56,932 nucleotides of DNA from Treponema sp. (GTDB taxonomy: Bacteria > Spirochaetota > Spirochaetia > Treponematales > Treponemataceae): the NCBI GenBank assembly GCA_017386165.1, contig JAFNQK010000122.1, forward strand, positions 1 through 56,932, given 5' to 3'. Of this stretch, positions 36,474 to 47,055 are shown in pieces (positions within the stretch are counted from its first letter, which is position 1; the number at the start of each line of letters is the position of its first letter). The notes beneath the pieces were generated by a model, which was given only the letters and a program-made list of their open reading frames with translations, was not told the DNA's origin and did no database searches. The position numbers and the translations under genes were made by a program.

Positions 36474-38237
36474 ATGAAAAAAACTGGCGCAGAAATTATC
36501 GTAAAACTTTTGGAAATGCACGGAATCAAAACTGTTGCAGGTATTCCTGGAGGTTCAATTCTTCCATTATATGATGAATTAAACAAAAGCAGCATTCACC
36601 ATGTCCTAGTGCGCCAGGAACAGGCTGCCGGCTTTTTTGCACAGGGTATTGCCCGCAGTACAGGTCTTCCTGCAGTATGTATGGCTACCAGTGGTCCTGG
36701 AGCAATGAATCTTTTGACTGCTGTTGCTGATGCCCGTGCAGACTCTGTTCCTATTATTGCAATTACAGGTCAGGTAAATACAAATCTTATTGGTACCGAT
36801 GCCTTCCAGGAAGCTGATACCTTTGGTCTTTCTTTCCCTATTACCAAGCACAGTGTAATGATTAAAAGCCACGCAGAATTGTTTACAGCTATTCCTGCTG
36901 CTTTTAAGATTGCTATGAACGGTCGTCCGGGTCCTGTATTGATTGATATTCCACGAAATATTCAGCTTACAGAATATGAATTTGATGCATGGCCGGAAAT
37001 TCAGGCTCCGGAACCTGTTTCAAAAACTGTAAAGGGACACACAAAACCTTTTGCAATGAATGTTTTAATCGAAGAAGTTGCAGAAATGATTTCTCAGGCT
37101 AAAAAGCCATGTCTTTATCTTGGCGGCGGATGTAACAGTCCTGAGGCTGCCAAGGCTTTGCGCGAGTTTAAGGCTTTGTACCGTTTGCCGGTTACTTCTT
37201 CTTTGATGGGACTGGGGGCGATTCCATATTCTGATCCTGACTGGGCCGGAATGGTTGGTATGCATGGCCGATATGCTGCCAATGTTGCAATGCATGAAAG
37301 TGACCTTGTTATTGCCTGTGGTGTTCGTTTTGATGACCGCGCTACCGGAGTTGTTTCAAAATTCTGTCCAAATGCAAAAATTATTCACATTGATATCGAT
37401 GCTGCAGAGATCAACAAGATTCTTAATTCTTCTTTGAGTATTGTAGCAAAGATTGAAACAGTTATTCCTGTTCTGACAAGCACCCTCTTAAAGAGATTTG
37501 ATGCTGCCCGTTCAACAAAAGAGGAAAGAGACCTGTGGTGTGACCATATCATTCAGGTAAATAAAGAAAGCTATACACAGAACTGCGGTTCTCCTCGAGA
37601 AAAAGATAAGAATAAGAATTTTACTGGAAGCAAGAATCCTCGTGAATTTATTTCGTCGGTTCCGGTTCTCGCTGAAAAAGCCGGAATCAAGGCAGAGAAT
37701 CTTTTAGTTACCACTGATGTAGGTCAGCATCAGATGTTTGCTTCTCAGTATTATCCAATCCAGGAACCAAGAACCTTCCTCACAAGCGGAAGTCTTGGAA
37801 CAATGGGCTTTGGGCTTCCTGCCGCTCTCGGTGCAGCCTGGGCAAACCCTGACAAGCGTGTAATCTGTTTTAGTGGTGACGGTTCAATCATGATGAATAT
37901 CCAGGAACTTGCAACCCTTGCAGAAAATAATCTTGCAGTTACCGTAATCGTTTTTGAAAACGGAACCTTAGGAATGGTTTATCAGCAGCAGAAATTCCTT
38001 TTTGATAAAAATTATTCTGCCAGCGTATTTATGCAGGGACCGGATTTGCTTAAGATTGCAGAAGGTTTTGGTATTGAGGCAATTGATGCTGATAAGGATA
38101 CTGAATGGTACAAAAAAGCCTTTGATCCAAAACGAAAGAATAAGCCTTGTTTTGTTCGGGTTAGAATTGATCCGGAAGAAAATGTTTTACCGTTTGTTCC
38201 GGGTGGAAAAGCGAATATCGACAGTATTATGAACTAA
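36474..38237 (+). CDS. ilvB: Acetolactate synthase large subunit
   Basis: GIPGGSILPLYD, RQEQ, ATSGPGAMN, AFQEAD, GMVGMHG, RFDDR, DVGQHQM, TPP motif GDGS...N; ATG 36474 after GGAGG. Confidence 0.95.
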   Translation: MKKTGAEIIVKLLEMHGIKTVAGIPGGSILPLYDELNKSSIHHVLVRQEQAAGFFAQGIARSTGLPAVCMATSGPGAMNLLTAVADARADSVPIIAITGQVNTNLIGTDAFQEADTFGLSFPITKHSVMIKSHAELFTAIPAAFKIAMNGRPGPVLIDIPRNIQLTEYEFDAWPEIQAPEPVSKTVKGHTKPFAMNVLIEEVAEMISQAKKPCLYLGGGCNSPEAAKALREFKALYRLPVTSSLMGLGAIPYSDPDWAGMVGMHGRYAANVAMHESDLVIACGVRFDDRATGVVSKFCPNAKIIHIDIDAAEINKILNSSLSIVAKIETVIPVLTSTLLKRFDAARSTKEERDLWCDHIIQVNKESYTQNCGSPREKDKNKNFTGSKNPREFISSVPVLAEKAGIKAENLLVTTDVGQHQMFASQYYPIQEPRTFLTSGSLGTMGFGLPAALGAAWANPDKRVICFSGDGSIMMNIQELATLAENNLAVTVIVFENGTLGMVYQQQKFLFDKNYSASVFMQGPDLLKIAEGFGIEAIDADKDTEWYKKAFDPKRKNKPCFVRVRIDPEENVLPFVPGGKANIDSIMN

Positions 38238-38240
38238 ATA

Positions 38241-38282
38241 AATTGATGAGCACAGCACTAGTTGTTGTGCTCAATTTCTTTC
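38241..38282 (+). terminator. Hairpin between convergent ilvB and the HD-GYP gene
   Basis: GAGCACAGCA-CTAGT-TGTTGTGCTC then T-rich; overlaps the last codons of the HD-GYP gene. Confidence 0.5.
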
Positions 38283-39631
38283 TGCTGTTGTTCTGTAATT
38301 GTGTGACCTTTTAAGAGGCTTTCCCGTTCCTTTTCACGGAATTTCATTTCTTCTTCGATGCTTTCTGCTTCGTTTGTTCTGAATTCCTGAGAAAGGGCAA
38401 AAATCAGGGGTTTAAGGGCAACTGCTGCGTCGACAATGCATGGTTCAAACTGTGTACCTTTTCCTTCTTCCAGTATCTGCATTGCATGATCGATGTCTAT
38501 TGGCTGTTTGTAAGGCCTAAAGCTTAAAAGGGCATCGATTACATCTGCTACAGCCATAATTCTTGCGCATAGAGGAATTTCTGTTCTGGCAATTTTTCGT
38601 GGATAACCGGTTCCGTCCCATTTTTCGTGGTGACAGTATGCCATTTGAATTGCTATTTCATTAAAACGGCCGCCTTCAAGCTCTGGCATTGCTTCGATAA
38701 TTTCCTTTCCTCGGGTAGGGTGTTCCTGCATCATTTCGTATTCCTGAGGGGTGTAGCGACCAGGTTTGTTCAAAATGTGATCAGGAATATAAATCTTTCC
38801 AATATCGTGAAGGTTTGCTGCGGCACTAAAGAGTTTTATATTGTCGTCTGTTAAATCGTCAGTGTAAAAGCCCTGGTATCTGAGTTCGTTACAAATCATT
38901 TCTACATATTGAACTGTGTGCTCAACATGGCAGCCTGTGATGATTTCATGCTTTTTTAACATGACAGGAATAAACTGCATAAAATCCAGCTGGCTTTTTT
39001 TGAGGGCTTCTCCTTGCTGGATTGCAATCTGAAGGGTTTTGTGGCTTCTTTTGGAAATGGTAGTTGCAATCAAATATACGAATATCCATTCCATTGTATA
39101 GCCCGCAGAAAAAGCAAAAAAGTCAAATAGAAGAGAATTGCCTTCTGTAAGTCCTTCTACATATCTGTTGCAGGATTTAAAGTATTGAGCGATTAAAAGA
39201 ATAATGTAGCCAATGATGGACATGATTCTTGTGAGTTTTATGTCGTAATATAGACAGCTTAAAAATACTACGAAACTCCAGGAAATGTAGATGCCGATGT
39301 GGCTTTGGGTTGCAAGAAATCCAATGATTATGTTTACAATCAGAGGAGTAAAATATTTTGAAAAATTCTGAATTTTTTTATACGCGTCGTAGTTTTCAGA
39401 ACGTAATTTTATGTTTGAAATGATTTTTAATAGAAAAAAATCTATGAAAGATGAAAAAATCAAAAGAATCTGGGCAAAAAACAATACCTGTCCAGGTATA
39501 TGAAAGATGCCCAGTCTTGTAAGAATAAACAGGAGAACTGGAACGATGTTTCCGGCAAGCAAAATGCGTACAGAAAGGTGATTAATTCTTTCAATATTTT
39601 CATCAAAAAAACTATCTTTCTGATCTGGCAT
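38258..39631 (-). CDS. Membrane-bound HD-GYP phosphodiesterase
   Basis: About 6 TM; LHDIGK, HPTRG, HHEKWDGTGYP, ADVIDAL, RPYK. Confidence 0.9.
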   Translation of the reverse strand: MPDQKDSFFDENIERINHLSVRILLAGNIVPVLLFILTRLGIFHIPGQVLFFAQILLIFSSFIDFFLLKIISNIKLRSENYDAYKKIQNFSKYFTPLIVNIIIGFLATQSHIGIYISWSFVVFLSCLYYDIKLTRIMSIIGYIILLIAQYFKSCNRYVEGLTEGNSLLFDFFAFSAGYTMEWIFVYLIATTISKRSHKTLQIAIQQGEALKKSQLDFMQFIPVMLKKHEIITGCHVEHTVQYVEMICNELRYQGFYTDDLTDDNIKLFSAAANLHDIGKIYIPDHILNKPGRYTPQEYEMMQEHPTRGKEIIEAMPELEGGRFNEIAIQMAYCHHEKWDGTGYPRKIARTEIPLCARIMAVADVIDALLSFRPYKQPIDIDHAMQILEEGKGTQFEPCIVDAAVALKPLIFALSQEFRTNEAESIEEEMKFREKERESLLKGHTITEQQQKEIEHNN

Positions 39632-39679
39632 TCGGTTCTCCTGTTAGTTCAGTTTAATACAGTTCTACTTTATGAATTA

Positions 39680-40309
39680 TTATGCCGGGAAAGCTTTTTT
39701 AAACTCTTTCAAAAGTTCTGCAGTTTCGATAGATGCATCAAAGTTGTTGATGTTGCCCTTGTCGCTGTAGAATTTGATAAGAGGTTCTGTCTGTTCGCGA
39801 TAAACATCCATTCTGTGGAGGATTGATTCCTGTTTGTCATCGTCGCGCTGGATGATTTCTCCGCCACACTTGTCACATACGCCTTCTTTTTTTGGTGGAA
39901 GGGTAAGGATGTTGTAGTTTGCTCCGCAGGCTTTGCAAACACGGCGTGTGCTGAGGCGTTTGATTACTGCTTCGTCAGAAATCTGGAAGTTTACAACTGC
40001 TACATCAGGGCAGATTGAAGTAAACATTTCTGCCTGAGGAATTGTGCGTGGGAAACCATCAAGAATAAATCCGTTTTTGCAGTCATCCTGAGCAAGTCTG
40101 TCTTTTACAAGTTCACATGTGAGGTCATCGCTTACAAGAGAACCTGAATCAATGATTGCCTTTACTTTTACTCCGAGAGGAGTCTGATTTTTGATATTTG
40201 CACGGAAAATATCACCTGTAGAAATATGTGGAATCTTGTAGTCTTCTGCTACTTTTACTGCTAAAGAGCCTTTACCTGCTCCTGGTGGTCCTAAAAAAAT
40301 GAAGTTCAT
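39680..40309 (-). CDS. adk: Adenylate kinase (zinc LID)
   Basis: GPPGAGKG, HISTGDIFR, LDGFPRT, CKAC...CDKC, QRDDD. Confidence 0.97.
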   Translation of the reverse strand: MNFIFLGPPGAGKGSLAVKVAEDYKIPHISTGDIFRANIKNQTPLGVKVKAIIDSGSLVSDDLTCELVKDRLAQDDCKNGFILDGFPRTIPQAEMFTSICPDVAVVNFQISDEAVIKRLSTRRVCKACGANYNILTLPPKKEGVCDKCGGEIIQRDDDKQESILHRMDVYREQTEPLIKFYSDKGNINNFDASIETAELLKEFKKAFPA

Positions 40310-40372
40310 TCTTCATACTCCTGATAATTAAATTGTGAATTTATTCTACTATGAAATAGGTAATTTGTAAAA

Positions 40373-41665
40373 TTAATTACCCCAGGTAAATCCAAGTCCC
40401 ACTGAGAAAGAATGATACTGTTCAAAATTATCAAAGAAATTTTTGTTTGTATCGTATGCGCCAATATCAAGACTAAAGTTGTAACCGTAGGCTGCTGTCA
40501 GCATAAAGAGTTTTCCAAAGATAATATCAAAGCCTCCGGTGAGGCGTGTAATCAATGCGTTTGAAGTAAGGTAGTCTTCTGTGATGTATGCGTATGGACG
40601 GAAAATATTTCCGATATTTACAGAAAGCCCTGTTCCGAGACCAAGGTTGATGACATATTGGTTTGAAGTAATATTTTTTGCCTGGCCGCCCACTTCGAAT
40701 AATACTGAACCGAATTTTCCAAAACCCATGGTTAAGATTCCGGAGATGTTATTCAGCCATATTTTGCTTGCATCAAAGTTCTGGAGGTCTTCTGATGTTT
40801 CAAAATCTGAGAAAACCACGGAGGCTGATTTTCTTCCTTTTTGAACAACAGTTTTTTTGTCTGATTTAATATTTTCAAGTTTTTTGTAGCTCTGTTCCGG
40901 GAGTTTTACGGTAGAAACAGAAGGATGTTTTTTGTTGTACTGAGACAATTCTTTCTGTACAAATTTTTCGTTCTGTTCCCGTTCTTTTTCAATCTGCGCA
41001 AAGCTTCGGATTTCAACAGAAGGAGAAATAGTAAAGCTTGCTGAAGTAAAATCATCGCTTTCGAGAGAATAGATTACCTGGTTGTTGTAGTCTTTTCTTA
41101 AAACTTCCAGAGTTTTTGGAATAAAGCGATATTCTGAGGCGTCGTTCCAGGCTTTAACCTGATAGATAAGTCTTAGAGTCAAAATAGAGTTTTCGCCTGC
41201 AAGCATATTGTCGTAAAGAATTACGTGACTGGCGTATTCGGCATATTCCTTTGGAGACATTTTTTCGACTTTATCGAGTTTTGTTCCGTGAACTGCTTCC
41301 CACGGAAGGTCTACTAATTGGTTAAAGAGGTTTGTGGACCCAAAAAGTTCAGAAGAAATAATTATTCGCCATGAAAGGTCTTTTGAATCAAAGGGCAATA
41401 CCTGAAAAGCAAGTTCCTGAGTTGCCGAAAGGGCTGCATATGTGGAATTTTGTAAATCGCTGTAAGATTTTTTTAGCATTTCATTCAGCATTTTTTCTGA
41501 TTCACCGTCAGAATTGCTTCTTGCTTCTAATATCTGTGTTTTATATTGTTCAATCTGATTGATTAAATCCTGAGGGCCTGCGCTGATATTGTGCTCAATT
41601 TCCTGAGAAAAAAAGAGGTTTGAGATTGATAATAATACTAAAAAAATAAATGGGCGCTTTTTCAT
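40373..41665 (-). CDS. Secreted hypothetical protein, C-terminal outer-membrane beta-barrel candidate
   Basis: Signal peptide; amphipathic strands ending SFSVGLGFTW. Confidence 0.6.
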   Translation of the reverse strand: MKKRPFIFLVLLSISNLFFSQEIEHNISAGPQDLINQIEQYKTQILEARSNSDGESEKMLNEMLKKSYSDLQNSTYAALSATQELAFQVLPFDSKDLSWRIIISSELFGSTNLFNQLVDLPWEAVHGTKLDKVEKMSPKEYAEYASHVILYDNMLAGENSILTLRLIYQVKAWNDASEYRFIPKTLEVLRKDYNNQVIYSLESDDFTSASFTISPSVEIRSFAQIEKEREQNEKFVQKELSQYNKKHPSVSTVKLPEQSYKKLENIKSDKKTVVQKGRKSASVVFSDFETSEDLQNFDASKIWLNNISGILTMGFGKFGSVLFEVGGQAKNITSNQYVINLGLGTGLSVNIGNIFRPYAYITEDYLTSNALITRLTGGFDIIFGKLFMLTAAYGYNFSLDIGAYDTNKNFFDNFEQYHSFSVGLGFTWGN

Positions 41666-41760
41666 AATTAATATATTATCGGCTAAAAGTCTCTTTTTAC
41701 AATCTTTTTTTTGACTTTTAGGGGTTTTACGGTATCATTTAAATATAGGAGGAAACGCGT

Positions 41761-41982
41761 ATGGTTATGACTATGTATTCAGATTCAGAGAAGAATGTTG
41801 TTATGTTTCTTCCTGATGATATCACCGATGCAGAAGTAGTTCAGCTTGGCGATGTGCTTTTTCCAGATGAAGAAGACTGCGTAGGTTCCGCTGATAAACC
41901 AACCGGTTATATAGATCTCTACAATCTCCACGCCCGATATCCGATAGACACAATTCTACCTGATGTGTTTGCACCGATGTAG
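41761..41982 (+). CDS. Small acidic hypothetical protein (73 aa)
   Basis: SD AGGAGG; promoter TTGACT-16-TATCAT at 41711-41738. Confidence 0.6.
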   Translation: MVMTMYSDSEKNVVMFLPDDITDAEVVQLGDVLFPDEEDCVGSADKPTGYIDLYNLHARYPIDTILPDVFAPM

Positions 41983-42121
41983 TGTGCTAGCACACTACAT
42001 GCTGTTTGTGGATAAGGAACTTATAAAAAGTCGCTAACGCTCCTTCCACAAACAGAATGTTTTCAATCAACGTTCTACTCCTTCGCGTCAATTTTTAATC
42101 AATTCATTTAAACTCAATATT
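41977..42121. repeat. Composite palindromic REP-like element
   Basis: Perfect 24-bp palindrome at 41977-42000; CTGTTTGTGGA/TCCACAAACAG stem; 36-bp end similar to the cysS-leader element. Confidence 0.65.
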
Positions 42122-42128
42122 TGTCCTT

Positions 42129-44777
42129 TCATTCTCCAATCGTAAAAAATGCGTTCTCGGTCTGCCAAGTGAATATCGTGTTCTGGCAGGCATTTTCCAG
42201 GAGATAGATTAGTTTTTGTAAATCGGTTTGTCCTACCGCCTCAAAAATTGCTTTTCCGTAGGCAGAGTTTTCTGTGCTGAACCATTTGCGGATATCTTCG
42301 TGGGTGATGCGGCGCTTTTCGTTTGTGCGGTGAACTTCGTAATTTACATTAAAGCCTTTTTCTTTAAATTCTTTTGCGATGGTGTCTGCATTCCAGTTAA
42401 AAAGAGTGTTTGTTTTATCGGCAAAGAAGGCCCGTTCTGCCACTTCCATTCTGTCTAGAGATTCCTGATACAGTCCAAGAGTTGCATCTGTTAAAATTTG
42501 ATTTCTAATCAACTGGCTTATGAGCTGACCGTTGCAAGGAATTCTCTGGCTTATTATAATTTGCCATCCCGAAGCAAAAGCGCATTCCTGCTCTGTGGCC
42601 GGGGTATCCTGTTCTATCTGGTCAGGGTTCTGATGTTCGTTGTCGTAATTTATAATTTGCTCTGCGTCGTTCTCATCTGCAAAGAGTTTTCCGATTTTTT
42701 GTTCCGGCTGAATAAGAAATTTTACGCTGTCTGCAAGGCTTGTAATTCCCTGTAAGCTTGCAAAAGGATCCCTGAAGAATATTTTATCAAAGACTGTTCC
42801 GCCGTACTGAAATTTTATCATCAGATTTTTGAAATTTTGCGGTGTCATAAAATCACTTTGTGCAGTTTCCGGTCTGAACTGAAGAACTGGTTTATCCAGA
42901 TCCCCAAGGGTTCTTGAGTACTGTTCAAGGATTTCTTTTCCTTTCTGGGTTTTACAGACTCCGCAGGTTACGCCTTCCGGGGTTTTGCGGGCAATCTGCC
43001 AGATTAAAAGTCCGTCATCGGCATTCCATACAAGACAGCGGGAGTGTCTTACAAGATTTGCCATTTTTATCATGGTATCACGGATCGTAAGAAGAATTTC
43101 TGCCCGGTTGGAATCCAGTCTGCTTCTCCATTGCTTGTCCGCTTTGTCCAGGGCATTTTCCCGGGCGTTATCAATTGGACTAAAGGTGAGGTTTTCCTTT
43201 GATTTTGCTGCAGCCCCTTTAAAATGCTGTTCAATCCACCACTGACTGATAGGGCTTTCCCCAAATTCTGATTTTTCCAGCAGAGGATCGGTGGTGTTTC
43301 TGGCCGTTGCGCAGCTTTTTGCAGTTGGAGATCGTTCTCCCTGTCCCTTTATGTATTCTTCTGTATGAGAAGAGTTTATTGAACCTGTTTGAGCCGCATC
43401 GGTGTCAGAAGGAATTTCCCTTTCGAGAATTGCGGCAATCTGGAGTTCCCTGCGGCTTAAAACATCATTTCGGATGCTGTTTTCGTAGCCCTGTGTACTA
43501 GGTGTATAGAAAACTCGTCCCATAAGTGTGTCCGGAAGGTATTGCTGTGCAACCCAGTGATCCCTGTATGCATGTGGATAAAGGTATCCTGCTCCGTGTC
43601 CAAAGCCTTCTGCATCCCGACTGGAATCCTTTAGATGATTTGGAACATCTGCATCTTCTTTATCAACAGAAGCAAGGGCATCAAAAAAGGCCATGCTGCT
43701 GTTTGACTTTGGAGCTGTTGCAAGGTAAAGGGCTGCGTGAGCCAGAAAATATCGTCCTTCCGGCATTCCAACTCGGTCAAAGGCCTGGGCGCAATTTTCT
43801 ACTATAGATACTGCCTGTGGATCTGCAAGTCCTGTGTCTTCGCATGCTGAAATCAGCATTCTTCTAAAGATAAAGTGCGGATCTTCTCCGGCTCTTACCA
43901 TGCGGGCAAGCCAGTAACAGGCTGCGTCTGGATCCCGTCCTCTTAAAGATTTTATAAAAGCACTGATAATATCGTAGTGATAGTCTCCGTCCCGGTCGTA
44001 CAGAACGACTTTTTTCTGGATGGATTCTTCTGCTGCTTCTTTTGAAATAAAAATTGTAGAGCCTGGAGCCGGAACTGGAGGTTCTGCATTAGGAGCCCAT
44101 TTTTCCGGTGTGGTTTCTACGGCGAGTTCCAGGGCATTTAAGAGAGAGCGGGCATCTCCGTTGGCAGTATCAATGAGGTGTTCCAGAGCGCCTTTTTCAA
44201 ATTCTACATTCCATTTTCCGTAGCCCCGTTCACTGTCTTTTAATGCTTGTTGAGCAGCTTTTTCAAGATCCTGTTTTGTAAGGGGCTTTAGCTGAAAAAC
44301 TCTAGAGCGGCTTACAAGGGCTTTGTTTACTTCAAAAAAAGGATTTTCTGTGGTTGCACCGATTAAAATGATTGTGCCGTTTTCTACCCATGGAAGCAGT
44401 GCGTCCTGCTGGCTTTTGTTCCATCTGTGAACTTCGTCAACAAAAAGAATCGTGCGGCGGCTGTAGAGATTAAAATAATCTTCGGCCTGTTTAATAGAAG
44501 TTCTTATTTCTGCAACTCCGGTAAGAACTGCATTCAGGGTTATGAAATTGGATTTTGTATGGTTTGCAATTACCCGGGCAAGGGTGGTTTTTCCGCTTCC
44601 TGGGGGTCCGTAAAAAATTACAGAGGTGAGCTGATCTGCTGCAATTGCACGTCTTAAAAGTCGTCCTTTGCCGACGATGTGATCCTGTCCGATATATTCA
44701 TCAAGGTTTCGTGGACGCATTCTTGCGGCAAGAGGTTCTCGTAGTCTTTTTGCAGTAGAAAATAAGTCTTCGCTCAT
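42129..44777 (-). CDS. rarA: Replication-associated recombination protein A with long C-terminal extension
   Basis: [50 protein letters not shown]; about 430 extra residues. Confidence 0.9.
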   Translation of the reverse strand: MSEDLFSTAKRLREPLAARMRPRNLDEYIGQDHIVGKGRLLRRAIAADQLTSVIFYGPPGSGKTTLARVIANHTKSNFITLNAVLTGVAEIRTSIKQAEDYFNLYSRRTILFVDEVHRWNKSQQDALLPWVENGTIILIGATTENPFFEVNKALVSRSRVFQLKPLTKQDLEKAAQQALKDSERGYGKWNVEFEKGALEHLIDTANGDARSLLNALELAVETTPEKWAPNAEPPVPAPGSTIFISKEAAEESIQKKVVLYDRDGDYHYDIISAFIKSLRGRDPDAACYWLARMVRAGEDPHFIFRRMLISACEDTGLADPQAVSIVENCAQAFDRVGMPEGRYFLAHAALYLATAPKSNSSMAFFDALASVDKEDADVPNHLKDSSRDAEGFGHGAGYLYPHAYRDHWVAQQYLPDTLMGRVFYTPSTQGYENSIRNDVLSRRELQIAAILEREIPSDTDAAQTGSINSSHTEEYIKGQGERSPTAKSCATARNTTDPLLEKSEFGESPISQWWIEQHFKGAAAKSKENLTFSPIDNARENALDKADKQWRSRLDSNRAEILLTIRDTMIKMANLVRHSRCLVWNADDGLLIWQIARKTPEGVTCGVCKTQKGKEILEQYSRTLGDLDKPVLQFRPETAQSDFMTPQNFKNLMIKFQYGGTVFDKIFFRDPFASLQGITSLADSVKFLIQPEQKIGKLFADENDAEQIINYDNEHQNPDQIEQDTPATEQECAFASGWQIIISQRIPCNGQLISQLIRNQILTDATLGLYQESLDRMEVAERAFFADKTNTLFNWNADTIAKEFKEKGFNVNYEVHRTNEKRRITHEDIRKWFSTENSAYGKAIFEAVGQTDLQKLIYLLENACQNTIFTWQTENAFFTIGE

Positions 44778-44784
44778 AAAGTTA

Positions 44785-44836
44785 ATTATAAATATATATA
44801 TCGCTTATTGCAACGAAATGTCTTAAATTGTATAAT
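44785..44836. promoter_or_regulatory. Back-to-back promoters sharing one palindromic -35 (TTGCAA 44808-44813)
   Basis: TATAAT lies exactly 17 bp away on each strand (44831-44836 plus; 44790-44785 minus). Confidence 0.7.
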
Positions 44837-44907
44837 TATAATTAACACTTAAAAACTAATGAATAAATATGCAATTTTGTGTATTGGATTCAGATACAGG
44901 AGCGGTC

Positions 44908-46266
44908 ATGGACAACAAACTAAATAACAAAATCATCGAAAAATTTTCAAAACTTGCTGTATTGAATGACCCCATCCAGCCAGATTTATACACAAAATAC
45001 GATGTTAAACGCGGTTTGAGAAACGCAAATGGAACCGGTGTCCTCGTTGGACTTACACGCATCGGTGATGTAGTAGGTTATGATGTAGATGCTAACGGTA
45101 CAAAAATCCCTGTTCCAGGAAGATTGCTTTACCGCGGATACGATGTAGTAGATTTGATTCGTGATGCAGAATCTAACGATCAGTACTGCTACGAACAGTG
45201 TGCATATCTTCTTCTCTTTGGTGAATTACCAACTCAGAAAGAACTTGATGTATTCAGAAATTATCTAGGACAGAGCCGCATTCTTCCTCCAAACTTTACA
45301 GAAGACATGATTATGAAGGCTCCTTCAAAAGATATTATGAACAAGCTTGCCCGCGGAGTTCTCGCTTCTTATTCATATGACGAAAATCCAGAAGACAGAG
45401 CCGTTTCAAATATCGTTCGCCAGTGTTGTGAACTGATTGCACGTTTTTCTACTCTTGCTGCTTACGGTTATCAGGCTCGCCGCCGTTATTATGATAATCA
45501 GAGTATGTTTATTCACAATCCGATTCCAGAACTTTCAACTGCAGAAAACTTTTTGCACTTGATTCGTCCAAGCGGAGAATACTCAAAGCTTGAAGCAGAA
45601 ACTCTCGATCTTGCATTGATTCTTCATGCTGAACACGGTGGTGGAAATAACTCTTCTCTTACAGTTCATGTTGTTTCTTCTGCTGATACAGATACATATT
45701 CTGCAATTGCCGCTGCCGTTGGTTCTTTGAAGGGCAGTCGCCATGGTGGTGCAAACATCCGCGTTGTAGAAATGATGGATGAAATCAAGGCCAATGTAAA
45801 AGACTGGTCTAATGAACAGGAAGTTAAAGATTATCTATATAAGATTGCAAGAAAAGAAGCTTACGACCACACAGGTTTAATTTACGGTATGGGACACGCT
45901 GTTTATACAATCAGCGATCCTCGTGCCCTTCTTTTAAGAGAAAAGGCTCGCGAACTTGCAATGGAAAAAGGCTGTATCGAAGAATACAATCTGTACCGCA
46001 TGATCGAAGAAATGGCTCCTGCAATTCTTATGGAAATCCATCACTCAGACAAGCGCATCTGTGCAAATGTTGACCTTTATTCCGGCTTTGTATACACAAT
46101 GCTTAATATTCCTCGTGTATTATTCACTCCAATCTTTGCAATCAGCCGTATCGCTGGATGGTCTGCTCACAGAATTGAAGAAGTTGTTGCCGGCGGAAGA
46201 ATCTATCGTCCTGCATACAAGAACGTTTGTGAACCTCGCGATTATATTCCGATTGAAAAACGCTAA
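44908..46266 (+). CDS. gltA: Citrate synthase
   Basis: GRLLYRGY, LHAEHGGGNNS, RHGGAN, GMGHAVY, DPRA, ANVD, SRIAGWSAH; ATG 44908 after AGGAG. Confidence 0.92.
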   Translation: MDNKLNNKIIEKFSKLAVLNDPIQPDLYTKYDVKRGLRNANGTGVLVGLTRIGDVVGYDVDANGTKIPVPGRLLYRGYDVVDLIRDAESNDQYCYEQCAYLLLFGELPTQKELDVFRNYLGQSRILPPNFTEDMIMKAPSKDIMNKLARGVLASYSYDENPEDRAVSNIVRQCCELIARFSTLAAYGYQARRRYYDNQSMFIHNPIPELSTAENFLHLIRPSGEYSKLEAETLDLALILHAEHGGGNNSSLTVHVVSSADTDTYSAIAAAVGSLKGSRHGGANIRVVEMMDEIKANVKDWSNEQEVKDYLYKIARKEAYDHTGLIYGMGHAVYTISDPRALLLREKARELAMEKGCIEEYNLYRMIEEMAPAILMEIHHSDKRICANVDLYSGFVYTMLNIPRVLFTPIFAISRIAGWSAHRIEEVVAGGRIYRPAYKNVCEPRDYIPIEKR

Positions 46267-47021
46267 TGAGTCTAGAGCGTTTAGATAAAATCTTGAGCCA
46301 TCAGGGGCTTGCAACACGCAAAGGGGTCAGAAAACTTTTGCGTGTCTGCGAGGTTACTGTAAACGGTGAACGGGTTTTTGACGCAGGATTCAGTGTAAAC
46401 TGCGACAAAGACGTTATTTCTATTGATGGTGAAGAACTTTCTGTTCAGAAAAATGTTTATCTCATGATGAATAAAACTCAGAATGTTGTAAGTGCCAATA
46501 AAGACGGCATGCATCAGACGGTTTTTGATTTTCTGGATGAACAGTATCGAACTCCCTATTTTGAAGAAAAATTGCATCTTGTTGGCCGACTGGATATCGA
46601 TACAGAAGGGCTTCTTCTATTTACAACCGACGGGGCAATGACCCACAAAATTACTTCACCAAAGACCCATTATCCCAAGAGTTATTTTGTTCGCCTTGCT
46701 CATAAAGAAGATAAAAATAGTCAGGAAAAGATTTTTACTGAGTTTAAAAAAGGCATTCACATTGCGCCGGAGGCCAATGATCCAGAGGCGGATTGCAAGC
46801 CTGTTGAGGCGCTGGAGTGGCTTTCGGATGATGAGTGTGTACTGACGATTACAGAAGGAAAATTTCATCAGGTTAAACGAATGTTCAAGGCGGTAGGTAA
46901 TGAAGTTGTGTATTTAAAGCGACTTTCCATCGGATCTTTAAAGCTTGATGAGACCTTAAAACCTGGTGAATACAGGGAATTAACTTCTGATGAAGTAGAA
47001 AACTTATTGAGTTTTCTGTAA
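46266..47021 (+). CDS. rsuA: RsuA-family pseudouridine synthase
   Basis: S4 domain RLDKIL; VGRLDIDTEGLLL; EGKFHQVKRMF. Confidence 0.9.
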   Translation: MSLERLDKILSHQGLATRKGVRKLLRVCEVTVNGERVFDAGFSVNCDKDVISIDGEELSVQKNVYLMMNKTQNVVSANKDGMHQTVFDFLDEQYRTPYFEEKLHLVGRLDIDTEGLLLFTTDGAMTHKITSPKTHYPKSYFVRLAHKEDKNSQEKIFTEFKKGIHIAPEANDPEADCKPVEALEWLSDDECVLTITEGKFHQVKRMFKAVGNEVVYLKRLSIGSLKLDETLKPGEYRELTSDEVENLLSFL

Positions 47022-47055
47022 AATATAAAAAATCACGAAGAGAAAAGGAAGACTT

